NCBI GenBank assembly: GCA_963767925.1
Contig: CAVYGB010000002.1
Location: forward strand, 448,001 to 512,000
DNA from: an uncultured delta proteobacterium
Lineage (GTDB): Bacteria; Myxococcota_A; Polyangia; Fen-1088
DNA: 64,000 nucleotides
Direction of reading: 5' to 3'
The notes beneath the pieces were generated by a model, which saw only the letters and a program-made list of their open reading frames with translations, made no database searches and was not told the DNA's origin. A program made the translations under genes and the position numbers. Positions 19,286 through 30,460 of the stretch are shown here, piece after piece (position 1 is the first letter of the stretch; each line of letters starts with the position of its first letter).

Positions 19286-22200
19286 ATGTCTGAGCCAGAG
19301 ACCCCGGACGGTTCCTGGGAGGTGAGCCCCTCCAACCTGTCGTTTGTCGAGGACCTGTACCTCGCCTATCTGCAGGATCCCACTTCCGTGGACGAGACCT
19401 GGCGGGCGCGCTTCGCCGCCGTCGCCGGTCAGGACCCGAGCGCCGGCCTCCGCCGCACGCTCCGTCCCCCGCCCACCTCCCCCTCCAGGAACGGACACCC
19501 CTCGAACGGGAGCAGCAACGGCGAGCCGGCCAATGGCCACCGGGCGGCCGAGCCCGCCCCCCGCGCGCTCCCCCCGTCCCGTTCCCCGGGCGGCGACGGG
19601 CGGCGCACCGACAGTGGCGCCCTGGTGTCGCTGCGCGGTCCCCAGTCCGGCTCGCCCGAGCCGACCGGGGGCGAGCCGAGCGGCCCCGAGCAGACCTCAC
19701 TCGCCGCGGCGGCCGCCCAGCGGGCCATCGAGGGCAAGCGCGTCCGCCGCCTCATCGAGGACTACCGGGAGATGGGCCACCTGTCGGCGGCCCTCGATCC
19801 CCTGGGCCTCAACGTCCGGCGGGCCCGGCCCCTGCGCCTGGCCGACTACGGCCTGACCGAGGACGACCTGGAGGGCCTGGTCGAGGCCGAGGGGATCGCC
19901 CAGGGCCGGCCGGTGCGCCTCGGCGAGCTGATCGAGCTGCTCGAGGAGACCTACTGCCGCCACATCGGGGTCGAGCTGGCCCACATCTACAGCAACGAGG
20001 TGCGAGGCTGGCTGCAGAGCCGCATGGAATCGACCCGCAACCGGGTGCGCCTCACCCGCACCGAGCAGCTCCAGCTCCTGACCCGGGTCACCGAGGCGGA
20101 GGTGTTCGAGCAGTTCCTCCAGACCAAGTTCCTGGGAGCCAAGCGCTTCTCGCTCGAGGGGGCGGAGAGCGTCATCCCCCTGCTCGACCGGATCATCGAG
20201 CGCTCCTCGCGGGCTGGCGTCACCCAGATCGTCATCGGCATGGCCCACCGGGGCCGCCTCAACGTGCTGGCGAACGTGCTCGGCAAACCCCCGGCCGAGA
20301 TCTTCTCCGAGTTCCTCGACCGGGCCACCGACCTGCGGGGCGACCCGGGCGGCGACGTGAAGTACCACCTCGGCTACTCGAGCGACCGGGTCACCAGCAC
20401 CGGCCGGGTGCACATCTCGCTCACCTTCAACCCCAGCCACCTCGAGTGGGTCGACACCGTCGTGCAGGGCCGCATGCGCGCCAAGCAGGACCGCATCGGC
20501 GACCGCAGCCGGACCCACGGCCTGCCCATCCTGCATCCACGGCGACGCCGCCTTCGCCGGGCAGGGCGTGGTGGCGGAGGCCCTCAACATGTCGGGGCTC
20601 GACGCCTACAACGTGGGCGGCACGATCCACATCGTCGTCAACAACCAGATCGGCTTCACCACCAGCCCGCGCGACGCCTACCCGACGAACTACCCGACCG
20701 ACGTCGCCCGGATGTTGCCCATCCCCATCATCCACATCAACGGCGAGGACCCCGAGGCGCTGGCCCAGGCCGTCGACCTGGCCGTCGACTTCCGCCAGAC
20801 CTTCCACCGCGACGTCATCATCGACATGTGGTGCTACCGCAAGCTGGGGCACAACGAGGCCGACGAGCCCACCTTCACCCAGCCCATCATGTACAAGGCC
20901 ATCGCCGGCCGGCCGCCGCCCCGGGTGGCCTACCTCGACCACTTCACCCGCGCCGCCACCGACAAGGCCATCACCCCCGCCGAGGCGGAGGACATCGCCG
21001 CCAGCAGCCGGGCCACGCTCGAAGCAGGCGCTGATCGAGTCGCGCAAGGCGCAGGCCCCCACCCGGCCGAGCACCTTCTCGGGCGTCTGGTCGCGCGTGC
21101 GCGGCGGGCCCGACTCGGCGGTGCGCGACGTCTCGACCGTCGTCTCGGAGGACGCCATCGCGGCGGTCGGCCACTCGCTGTCCACCGTGCCGCCGAGCTT
21201 CACCCCCCACCCCAAGCTGGTGCGCCTGCTCAAGGACCGGGCGGCCATGGCGGCCGGGGACAAGCCGATGGACTGGGGCATGGCCGAGGCGCTGGCCTTC
21301 GGCACCCTGCTGGGCGAGGGGATCCGCGTGCGCATGTCGGGGCAGGACGTCCGGCGCGGCACCTTCAGCCACCGCCACAGCGTGCTGGTCGACTACAACA
21401 CCGGGGCCGAATACACCCCGCTCGAGCACGTGGCCGAGGACCAGGGGGCCCTCGAGATCCGGGACAGCGCCCTGTCCGAGGCGGGCGCCCTCGGCTTCGA
21501 ATACGGCTACAGCCTCGACATGCCCGAGGGGCTCGTGATCTGGGAGGCCCAGTTCGGCGACTTCGTCAACGGGGCCCAGGTGATCATCGATCAGTTCCTG
21601 GTCTCCTCGGAGGCCAAGTGGAATCGGGTCAGCGGGCTGGTGCTGCTGCTGCCACACGGGATGGAGGGCCAGGGCCCCGAGCACTCGAGCGGCCGGCTCG
21701 AGCGCTTCCTCAACATGTGCGTCAACGACAACATACAGGTCTGCAACGTCACCACCCCCGCGCAGTTCTTCCACCTGCTGCGGCGGCAGGTGATGCGCCC
21801 CTATCGCAAGCCGCTCATCGTGATGAGCCCCAAGAGCCTGCTGCGCCACCCGGCGGTCGTCTCGACCCGCGAGGAGCTGACCCGCGGCCGCTTCCAGCAC
21901 GTCATCCCCGACACGACCGTCGATCCCCGGGGGGTCGACCGGGTGCTGCTGTGCAGCGGGCAAGGTTTACTACGACCTGGCCGCCGCCCGCGAGGTGCAC
22001 GCCCGAAACAACGTGGCGATCATGCGGGTCGAGCAGCTTTATCCACTGCGCCCCGAAGAGATCCTGGAAAATCTCTCCATGTATTCCGAAGGCATCCGGG
22101 TCACCTGGGTGCAGGAAGAGGCCCGCAACATGGGCGCCTGGACCTACATGAACCGGGTCCTGCCCGCGCTGCTGGTCAGCTCGTTCAAATGGACCGGGGT

Positions 22201-22348
22201 CAGCCGACCCCTGTCCGCCAGTCCCGCCACCGGCTCCCTGTCGCGCCACAACCTCGAACATGCGAAGCTGATCGAAGAGGCGCTCGGACTCCCCCCGGGC
22301 AGCGTCATCGTCGACAAGGGACAGATCAAAAAAGGCCCCGTGTTATGA
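19286..22348 (+). CDS. sucA: 2-oxoglutarate dehydrogenase E1 component (frameshifts near 20534, 21025, 21960)
   Basis: [66 protein letters not shown] spread over four frame segments. Confidence 0.95.
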
Positions 22349-23693
22349 GCACCCTGTACCTGAAAGTGCCGGCTCTCGGTGAATCGATCGCCGAGGCCAT
22401 GATCGGCAAGTGGAAGCGCGCCGAAGGGGAGTCGGTCAAGGCGGACGAGCCGCTGGTCGAGGTCGAGAGCGACAAGGCCACCGTGGAGCTGCCCGCTCCC
22501 GGGGGCGGCGTCCTCCGGCGCATCCTGCACAAGTCCGGCGCCACCGTCGCCATCGGCGAGGTGATCGCGGAGATCGAGGAGGGGGCCACCGCCGCGGCCC
22601 CCGCGGGCAACGGGGCGGCCGCGGCCAAGGCGGCCGGCGGCACGCCCCAGCCCGGCCCGGAGGTCGCCCAGCTCGGCGCCCCCACCCCCACGCTCCGCCC
22701 CGACGGCAAGGCGCAGCCGGCCGAGCCGGCAGACGACGAGCCGGAGCACGAGGACGGCGGCGCGGTGAAGGGCTCACCGGCCGTGCGGCGGCTGATGGCC
22801 GAAAAGGGGCTCTCCGCCCACGACGTGCGGGCCAGCGGCCCCGGCGGCCGCATCGAGCGCGGCGACGTCGAGCGCGCGCTCGAGGCCCGGCGGCAGGCCA
22901 GCGAGGCCTCCAGCGAGGCGCTGAGCGAGGCGGTGCGCGAGCGCTCCGACGACCGCGACGGCGCCCGCCAGGGCCGCCCGGCCCGCCCCCCGGCGAGCGC
23001 GAGCGCCTGGTCCCGATGACCCCCCTGCGCAAGACGGTGGCCCGGCGGCTGCTCGAGGCCCAGAACAGCGCCGCCATCCTCACGACCTTCAACGAGGTCG
23101 ACATGAGCGAGGTCATGGCCCTGCGCGAGCGCTTCCAGGACGGCTTCGTCAAGCGCCACGGCATCAAGCTCGGCTTCATGTCCTTCTTCGTGAAGGCGGC
23201 GGTCGACGCCTTGAAGAGCTTCCCCATCGTCAACGCCGAGGTGCGGGGCAACGACATCCTGTACAAGGACCACTACGACATCGGGGTGGCGGTGGGCGGC
23301 GGCAAGGGCCTGGTGGTGCCGGTGGTGCGCGAGGCCGACCGCCTGTCGATGGCCGAGATCGAGAAGACCATCGCCGACCTGGCCAGCAAGGCGAAAGAGA
23401 ACCGCATCCAGCTCCCCGACCTCGAGGGCGGGACCTTCACCATCTCCAACGGCGGCATCTACGGCTCGATGCTGTCGACGCCGATCCTCAACCCGCCCCA
23501 GAGCGGCATCCTGGGCCTGCACAACATCCAGAAGCGCCCGGTCGCGGTGGGCGACCAGATCGCCCTGCGCCCGATGATGTACGTGGCGCTCTCCTACGAC
23601 CACCGCATCGTCGACGGCCGCGAGGCCGTGCAGTTCCTGGTCCGCATCAAGGACTGCATCGAAGCCCCCGAACGCCTCCTGATCGAGGTGTAG
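22345..23693 (+). CDS. sucB: Dihydrolipoyl succinyltransferase E2 (frameshift near 22990)
   Basis: ATGA overlap with sucA; lipoyl motif [17 protein letters not shown] binding domain; [17 protein letters not shown]. Confidence 0.95.
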
Positions 23694-23716
23694 GTCAGCG
23701 AGCAAGGCCGCCCAGA

Positions 23717-24487
23717 CCCCTCACCCCTCCCTCTCCCCGCTCCGCGGGGCGAGGGCGAACGGGCAGCGGAGAAGGCGGAAATTCCGGGGAAAGCCGCCGT
23801 CCATCGCCTGCCCATCCATCGTCAGGGGCGGTGGGGATCGGGGGGAAGTGGCGCACCTGGATAGTCGTTCGCCCTCGCCCCGCGGCAGCGGGGAGAGGGA
23901 GAACGGGCAGCGGAGAAGGCGGAATTTCCGGGGAAAGCCGCCGTCCATCGCCTGCCCATCCATCGTCAGGGGCGGTGGGGATCGGGGGGAAGTGGCGCAC
24001 CTGGATAGTCGTTCGCCCTCGCCCCGCGGCAGCGGGGAGAGGGAGAACGGGCAGCGGAGAAGGCGGAATTTCCGGGGAAAGCCGCCGTCCATCGCCTGCC
24101 CATCCATCGTCAGGGGCGGTGGGGATCGGGGGGAAGTGGCGCACCTGGATAGTCGTTCGCCCTCGCCCCGCGGCAGCGGGGAGAGGGAGAACGGGCAGCG
24201 GAGAAGGCGGAATTTCCGGGGAAAGCCGCCGTCCATCGCCTGCCCATCCATCGTCAGGGGCGGTGGGGATCGGGGGGAAGTGGCGCACCTGGATAGTCGT
24301 TCGCCCTCGCCCCGCGGCAGCGGGGAGAGGGAGAACGGGCAGCGGAGAAGGCGGAATTTCCGGGGAAAGCCGCCGTCCATCGCCTGCCCATCCATCGTCA
24401 GGGGCGGTGGGGATCGGGGGGAAGTGGCGCACCTGGATAGTCGTTCGCCCTCGCCCCGCGGCAGCGGGGAGAGGGAGGGGTGAGGGG
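23717..24487. repeat. Tandem array, 5 units of 144 bp, bounded by inverted BoxC/REP-like elements
   Basis: Units start at 23757, 23901, 24045, 24189, 24333; C-rich element at 23717-23760 and G-rich inverted copy at 24443-24487. Confidence 0.97.
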
Positions 24488-24564
24488 GCTCCGGCGAGGC
24501 TCAGCACGGCGGGGCCGTGGTTGTGTGTGGCAGTAACTAAAGTAAGGGTTCATACTACATGTAG

Positions 24565-24957
24565 ATGAACTACGTTGCGGTTCGACGGTCCGGGACGGTC
24601 TGGCGGGAGGTGCTTCGGGGGGCGGATGCCTCGACGCCGCGCCGGCGGGGGCAGCACCTCGAGACCCAGCAGCGGCTGGGGATCGTGCCCACCTGGACGT
24701 TCTGGAACCGGCGCGACGTCTGGCGGCTGGCCCGCTGGTACGCGCACCCGATGACCTTCGTGGCGCTGCAGGCGGGCTTCTGGGTGCCGACCTGGCTCGA
24801 CCTCGCGCCGGCGGCCCGCGTGCTGGCCTCCCCGGCGATCGGCGTCGGCGTGCTGGCCCTGGCCCTGGGGGCGCTCGAGCGCTACATCCGCAGCCGCCTG
24901 CCGGGGCGCCGGGCCCGGCCGTCCAGCACGGCGCTCACGGCCGCCCGCGCGCGCTGA
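24565..24957 (+). CDS. Small hypothetical membrane protein
   Basis: 130-aa ORF with hydrophobic segments after an AT-rich upstream patch. Confidence 0.55.
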   Translation: MNYVAVRRSGTVWREVLRGADASTPRRRGQHLETQQRLGIVPTWTFWNRRDVWRLARWYAHPMTFVALQAGFWVPTWLDLAPAARVLASPAIGVGVLALALGALERYIRSRLPGRRARPSSTALTAARAR

Positions 24958-24975
24958 CGGCGCTGGGATCCGATA

Positions 24976-25055
24976 AGGCGGCGTCAGGCGCGCTCGCCTC
25001 CCGGAGGCGGCGTCAGTCGCTCGCGCTCGCCTCCCGAAGGCGGCGTCAGTCGCTC
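24976..25055. repeat. Short triplicated direct repeat containing the sigma-factor stop codon
   Basis: AGGCGGCGTCAG at 24976, 25005 and 25038. Confidence 0.8.
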
Positions 25056-26317
25056 TGGGCTTCCGCGGCGGCGGTGACTTCGCCGAGGCGGCGGAGCAGG
25101 TAGGCGCGCTGGGCGGCGTTGGTGGCGAGGGCGAGGGCGCGCTCGTAGGCAGCGCGGGCCAGGGCGGGGCGGCCGGCGCGGCGGAGGAGGTCGGCGCGGG
25201 CGGCTGGGAGCAGGTAATAGTCGCGCAGCTCGTCGCGGGCCTCGATGCGCGCGATCCAGTCGAGGCCCTGCCAGAGGGCGTCGGGGCCGCCAGTCATCGC
25301 CAGCGCCACCGCGGCGTTGAGCTCGACAACCGGGGTGGGCAGGTCGCGCAGCAGGCCGGCGTAGAGAGCGGCGATCTGGGGCCAATCGGTGTCCTGCGGG
25401 CGCGGCGCCCGGGCGTGGAGCGCGGCGATGGCCGCCTGGACCTGGTAGGGGCCGGGCCGGCGCAGGGCCAGGGCGTCGTCGAGCACCGCCAGCCCCTCGG
25501 CGATGGCCGCCTTGTCCCAGCGCGTGCGGTCCTGCTCCTCGAGCGGCACGATCTCACCCGAGCGGGCCAGCCGCGTCTCCCGCCGCGAGTCGTGCAGCAA
25601 CATGAGGGCCAGCAGCCCGCGCGCCTCGGTCTCGTCGGGCAGCAGGTCGACGACAAGGCGCCCCAGGCGGATCGCCTCGGCGGCCAGATCGTGCCGCACC
25701 GGCGCCTCGCCGCTGGTGGCGGCGTAGCCCTCGTTGAAGACCAGGTAGACCACCTCGAGCACGGCGGCCAGTCGGGCGCCAAACTGATCCCGGGCCGGGA
25801 CCTCGTAGGGGATGCGGGCCGCGAGGATCTTCTTCTTGGCCCGCACCAGCCGCTGCGCGGTCGTCACCTCGGGCTCGAGGAAGGCGCGGGCGATCTCGGC
25901 GGTGGAGAGCGAGCACAACGTGCGCAGGGCCAGGGTCACCTGCACGGTCTGGCTCAGCGCCGGGTGGCAGCAGGTGAACAGCAGCCGCAGGCGGTCGTCG
26001 GGCAGCTCGTCGGGCAGCTCGTCGGCCTCGGGCTCCTCGGGGGCGGGGGCCGGACGCTCCGGGACGACGCCGACCGGCCTGGGCGCCGTCCGCCGCCGCC
26101 GGAGCAGGTCGATGGCCCGTCGGCGGGCGACGGTGGTCAGCCAGGCGCTGGGGCGAGCGGGGATGCCCTCCTCGCTCCAGCGCTCGAGCGCCCGGACGCA
26201 GGCGTCCTGCAGCGCCTCCTCGGCGATCTCGAAGTCGCCGACCGAGCCGATGAGCGCGGCGAGGACCCGGCCCCCCTCCGCGCGCACCACCGCCTCGATA
26301 GCCTGCTTTCCGGGCAC
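25046..26317 (-). CDS. ECF sigma factor with long C-terminal TPR-like extension (ECF42-type)
   Basis: AEEALQDA, DDRLRLLFTCCHPAL, YLVFNEGY, LEEQDRTRWD, GPYQVQAAIAA. Confidence 0.9.
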   Translation of the reverse strand: MPGKQAIEAVVRAEGGRVLAALIGSVGDFEIAEEALQDACVRALERWSEEGIPARPSAWLTTVARRRAIDLLRRRRTAPRPVGVVPERPAPAPEEPEADELPDELPDDRLRLLFTCCHPALSQTVQVTLALRTLCSLSTAEIARAFLEPEVTTAQRLVRAKKKILAARIPYEVPARDQFGARLAAVLEVVYLVFNEGYAATSGEAPVRHDLAAEAIRLGRLVVDLLPDETEARGLLALMLLHDSRRETRLARSGEIVPLEEQDRTRWDKAAIAEGLAVLDDALALRRPGPYQVQAAIAALHARAPRPQDTDWPQIAALYAGLLRDLPTPVVELNAAVALAMTGGPDALWQGLDWIARIEARDELRDYYLLPAARADLLRRAGRPALARAAYERALALATNAAQRAYLLRRLGEVTAAAEAQSD

Positions 26318-26343
26318 CGTCGGTCAGGCTATCACGCGTCCGA

Positions 26344-26700
26344 TCAGGACTTGGGGATCTCCATGATCGGGCGCACCTCGATCGAGCCGTAGGCCGCGCC
26401 CGGGCACTTGGCCGCCCAGGAGAGCGCCTGATCCAGGTTCGCCACGTCGATCAGGTAAAAGCCGCCGAGCTGCTCCTTGGTCTCCGCGAAGGGCCCATCG
26501 GTGTTGCGGGCGCTGCCGTTGCGCACCCGCACGGTGGTCGCGGTTCCGATCGGCTGCAAGGCCTCGCCCCCGCGCATGACCCCCGCGGCGCCGAGATCCT
26601 TCGTGTATTGCATCCAGCGGGCGAAGTCCTGGTTCTGCTCCTCCTGGGTCATCTTCCCGGCCTGCTTCTCGTCTCCGTAGATCAGGATCGCGTACTGCAT
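26344..26700 (-). CDS. YciI/DGPF family protein
   Basis: TDGPFAETKEQLGGFYLI and IEVRP motifs; lies upstream of the ECF42-type sigma factor. Confidence 0.92.
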   Translation of the reverse strand: MQYAILIYGDEKQAGKMTQEEQNQDFARWMQYTKDLGAAGVMRGGEALQPIGTATTVRVRNGSARNTDGPFAETKEQLGGFYLIDVANLDQALSWAAKCPGAAYGSIEVRPIMEIPKS

Positions 26701-26822
26701 GGTGGGTCTCCTCGTCATCGTCATGGGCCGGACTGCCCGGCTTTCAGCGAAACGACGCAGGCCCCTCCCCGGATCGACATCCCCCCTGCATTTTTTTTCG
26801 GGGCTCGTACGCAGCGCGGCGA

Positions 26823-27188
26823 TCAGTCGCCGACGAGCTTGCGGACGGCGGCCAGCAGGAGGGCCGGGCGGAAGGGCTTGACGATCCAGGCCTTGGCGCC
26901 GGCCTTGCGGGCCCGCTCGATGAGGCTGGGCTGGGCCTCGCTGGTGAGGAGGACGAAGGGGGTCTTTTCGAGGCGGGAGGTGCGCGCGAGGACGTCGAGC
27001 AGGTCGAGCCCGTTCATGCCGGGCATGTTGACGTCGCACAGGACGAGGGCGACGTCGGCTTCGGCCTCGAGCTTGCGGATCGCGTCGGCGCCGTCGACGG
27101 CCTCGAGCGCCTGGTAGCCGCCGCCGAGGGCTTCCCGCACCTGCTCGCGCACGGTCGGCGAGTCGTCTATCACGAGGATCTTCTTCAT
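26823..27188 (-). CDS. CheY-like response regulator
   Basis: ILVIDDS, DVNMPGMNG, LTSE, WIVKPF. Confidence 0.9.
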   Translation of the reverse strand: MKKILVIDDSPTVREQVREALGGGYQALEAVDGADAIRKLEAEADVALVLCDVNMPGMNGLDLLDVLARTSRLEKTPFVLLTSEAQPSLIERARKAGAKAWIVKPFRPALLLAAVRKLVGD

Positions 27189-27322
27189 CGGGTGGGCGCC
27201 GCCGCTTCCCGGGCGCGGGCACGGCTGTTTCTGCACATCGGCCGACCGGCCCGGAACTTGCGCGGCGGGCTCCGTTCAAGGTGGCCCCGGCTTCTGTCGA
27301 AGTCTCCCCGGAGGCCGTGCGC

Positions 27323-27847
27323 ATGTCCGATCCGACGCCGCAGCAGCACCGAGAGCGCATCCGCGAGATCACCCACCGGGCTTGCCAGGCGCTGCTGGCC
27401 CACTACGGCCTGCCGCTGCGCGCGGTGCCGCCGGCGGCGGTGGATCCCCGCCCGCTCCAGCACTTCGGGGTGATGGCGTTCGCCGGCAAGGGGCTGCGGG
27501 GGCGGCTGGTGCTCGGCGCCTCGAACGAGCCGCTCACCGCCTCGAACCCGGCGAAGGACGCCCCCATCCAGGCCTGGATCAGCGAGCTGGCCAACCAGCT
27601 CCTCGGCCGGATCAAGAGCCAGCTCCTGCTGCACGCGCTGGAGATCGACATCGGCACCCCGGTCGCCGTGCGGGACGTGCACGTCCCGGAGCTCACCGCG
27701 CGCACGCCCCCCTCGGGCGCCTGGCAGGCCACAGGCGGGCTGCTCTGCGTGTGGCTCGAGCTGACGCTGGGCAAGGGCTTTCACATGACCGAGCGCCCGG
27801 ATCCCAGCCGGGCCGGCCCCCGCGAGAGCGAGACCATCCTGTTCTGA
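27323..27847 (+). CDS. CheX-like chemotaxis phosphatase
   Basis: GVMAFAG..LRGRLVL and ELANQLLGRIK (ExxN) motif, IGTPV. Confidence 0.7.
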   Translation: MSDPTPQQHRERIREITHRACQALLAHYGLPLRAVPPAAVDPRPLQHFGVMAFAGKGLRGRLVLGASNEPLTASNPAKDAPIQAWISELANQLLGRIKSQLLLHALEIDIGTPVAVRDVHVPELTARTPPSGAWQATGGLLCVWLELTLGKGFHMTERPDPSRAGPRESETILF

Positions 27848-27868
27848 CCGGCGCCCGGGCGCGCGCGC

Positions 27869-30274
27869 TCAGGCGGTCAGCCGCGAGGAGGCGCGCTCGC
27901 GCGGGCCGTCGCGCTCGGCGGACCGGTCGCCGCCCTCGTCGCCCGCGAACCTCCCCTCGTGAGACCGCAGGGCGGTGGCCGGGAAGGTCAGCCGCCAGGT
28001 GGTGCCCTGGTCCGGGCGGGTCTCCACCGCGATCTGGCCCTGCAGCTCCTCGACCCGGGCCGCCACCGCCGCCATCCCGATCCCGCGGCCGGAGGTGGCG
28101 GTCACCCGGGTGCGCGCGCTGACCCCGGGGGCCAGCAAGGCCGCCTGCAGGTCGGCGGGGGTCTCGGCGGGCTGGCCCTGCGCCCGGGCGGCCTGGCGGA
28201 TCGCCTCCCAGTCGATGCCCCGGCCGTCGTCGGCCACCTCGATAACCAGCCCGGCCTCCGGACGCAGGGACGCGGACAGCCGCAGCCGCGGGCGCGGGGG
28301 CTTGTCGGCCGCGCGGCGCTCGGCCCCGGTCTCCAGGCCGTGGTCGACGGCGTTGCGCACCAGATGGACGAGCTCGATCCACAGCGGCCCCCAGCGCCCG
28401 GGATCGAGGCGCAGGCCGCCGCCATCCACCTCCACCTCGAGGTCGCCCTTGCCCAGGCGGCGGGCCAGCAGGTGGCCGCCGTGGGCCAGCCGGGCGAAGG
28501 TCCGCTCGACCGGCTCGCAGCGCCAGGCCAGCAGCCGCTGCGCGGTCGCCGCGGGGGCCAGGCCACGCTGGACGTCGTCGGCCAGCCGCTCGATCTCCGG
28601 GCTGGCGAGCTCGACCCGGTCGCGCGCCCGGTCCCCCACGAAGGCCCGCACCGCCTCGCGCACCGTCCTCCAGCGCTGGTCCAGCGCCGCCAGGTGTGGC
28701 GAGGGCCCGGTGAGCGCGCCGGCGTCGAAGGCGTCCTCGGCCGCGTGGCACAGGCCCGCGACGACCTCGAGCGAGAACAGGGCGGCGTTGCCCTTGAGGG
28801 TGTGGAGCCGCCGGCGCCGCTCGGCGGCCTCGCCGACGCCGAGCTGCTGCACGATCTGATCGCCCTCGTCGCAGAAGGAGAGGAAGCCCAGCCGGTCGCG
28901 GGCCAGCGCGTGCAACACCGCCACCAGCTCCCGCTGCTCCGCCTCCTGCTGGGCCAGCAGGAGCTGCTCGGTGACGTCGTGGAACACGATGAGCAGCCCG
29001 TCCTGCTGGTCACCGCCGTTGACCGTCAGGTAGCTCACCTGGTAGGCGCGGGGCCCCGCGCGCAGGCGGGCCGGGAGCTGGGCCAGGCACAGCTCGACCG
29101 GCAAGACGTCGTCGCGCAGCGCCTGCAGCCCCACCTCGAAGGAGCGGGCGAAGTCGCCGTCGATCCGGGCGGCGTAGTCGACGAAGCGGGTGGGGCCCGC
29201 ATAACCCCCGAACCAGGCGTCGATCTTGGCCGAGCGCTCCTCGGCCAGCCAGCCGTCGGGGCTCATGCGCAGCAGCCCCTCGTTGACGGTGTCGAGCACC
29301 AGGCGAATGGCCCGGTTGCGCTCGACCAGCGCCTCGGTGCGCTCCTGCAGCCGCCGCACGAGCTGGCCGATGCGCGCCACCACCAGCAGGAACAGGGTCG
29401 CCGAGCTGAAGGCGATGGCCACCCCGTCGGTGACCTGCCCCCGCAGGGCCTCCAGCAGCAGGATGCCGGGGGCGATCAGCGAGGCGACGGTCAGCCCGAG
29501 CATCATCCCCGGCCCCAGGCGCGCCCGGTTGGCCTCGCCGACGCTCAACATCTCGTGCACCGAGGGGTGCAGCAGCGAGGCGCCGATGAACGCGTAGGCC
29601 GACATCGAGGCCATCTCGAGCGCGCGCTGGTACACCGGCCCGGCCTCGATCTGGAGCTGGGTGAAGCTCGCCCAGCCGACGTCGGCCACCAGGAAACACA
29701 ACATCCCCGCCACCAGCAGGCGGAACGACAGGTTGCGGGCCCCCCCGCCGAGCAGCAAGCGGACCATCAGGCCCAGCACGACGATGTCGGCGATCGGGTA
29801 GGCCAGCGTCACCGCCCGCCCCAGCGGCGTGACCAGGGGGTTGTCGAGCTGGGGGCGCAGCAGGTACACCCAGGACAGCAGCCCCAGGCCGGTCGTGATG
29901 ATGGTGGTGTCGATCAGGGTCGCCCAGTCCCGCTGGCGCGACCGCGCCCGGATGAGCAGCACCGTCCCGCCGATCACCCCGGGATAGAGGCTCAGGAAGA
30001 AGGGGTCGGCCAGGGTGGGCGGCTCGGAGAACCCGGTCAGGTGCGAGACCAGGATCCCGGCCGCGTTGAGGAGCACCCCGGCCCCGAACAGGAAAAACAG
30101 CGCGCGGTGAGCCGGCCGGTGGTGCCAGACCGCGACCACGGCGAAGGCCGCGGCCGTCCAGCCGACCGCCACCTGCCAGACGAGGTGGAGGAGGTGATCG
30201 AGCGGCACCAGCGGGAACAGGGCGATCGCCAAGGCCAGCCCCGCGGCATATGCGGGAAACAGCTTCGACTTCAC
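27869..30274 (-). CDS. Membrane-anchored CheA-like (class II) histidine kinase
   Basis: Multi-TM N-terminus, Hpt motif LHTLKGNA, HATPase motifs HLVRNAVDHG, DDGRG, SGRGIGM; start may be 30337. Confidence 0.85.
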   Translation of the reverse strand: MKSKLFPAYAAGLALAIALFPLVPLDHLLHLVWQVAVGWTAAAFAVVAVWHHRPAHRALFFLFGAGVLLNAAGILVSHLTGFSEPPTLADPFFLSLYPGVIGGTVLLIRARSRQRDWATLIDTTIITTGLGLLSWVYLLRPQLDNPLVTPLGRAVTLAYPIADIVVLGLMVRLLLGGGARNLSFRLLVAGMLCFLVADVGWASFTQLQIEAGPVYQRALEMASMSAYAFIGASLLHPSVHEMLSVGEANRARLGPGMMLGLTVASLIAPGILLLEALRGQVTDGVAIAFSSATLFLLVVARIGQLVRRLQERTEALVERNRAIRLVLDTVNEGLLRMSPDGWLAEERSAKIDAWFGGYAGPTRFVDYAARIDGDFARSFEVGLQALRDDVLPVELCLAQLPARLRAGPRAYQVSYLTVNGGDQQDGLLIVFHDVTEQLLLAQQEAEQRELVAVLHALARDRLGFLSFCDEGDQIVQQLGVGEAAERRRRLHTLKGNAALFSLEVVAGLCHAAEDAFDAGALTGPSPHLAALDQRWRTVREAVRAFVGDRARDRVELASPEIERLADDVQRGLAPAATAQRLLAWRCEPVERTFARLAHGGHLLARRLGKGDLEVEVDGGGLRLDPGRWGPLWIELVHLVRNAVDHGLETGAERRAADKPPRPRLRLSASLRPEAGLVIEVADDGRGIDWEAIRQAARAQGQPAETPADLQAALLAPGVSARTRVTATSGRGIGMAAVAARVEELQGQIAVETRPDQGTTWRLTFPATALRSHEGRFAGDEGGDRSAERDGPRERASSRLTA

Positions 30275-30460
30275 CCCCCCGGCATCGCCAGATTCGCGGG
30301 GTGGAATGAGACCGCCGTCGCTGGGGCGGCGGGCCATGACTCTTCGCTCCGGGGGGCCGGCTTCCCGCAAGTGGGCAGGGGCGTGTAAAGCCCGCACCCG
30401 GACCGGCGTTCGACCGGGCGGCGCCGGTGCGGTAGGAAGCTTCGAAACGAGGACGCCCCC

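Noticed and set aside
19286..23693. Programmed frameshifting or pseudogenisation of sucAB
   Set aside because: No slippery motifs at the shifts, and similar single-base indels occur across unrelated genes, which fits sequencing error
23717..24487. Possible CRISPR array or repeat-protein gene (ORFs open in several frames)
   Set aside because: Near-identical 144-bp units; open frames follow from a unit length divisible by 3 and high GC, with no RBS or protein-like content
25046..26700. ECF sigma + DGPF pair as a novel system
   Set aside because: Matches the already described ECF42-type arrangement
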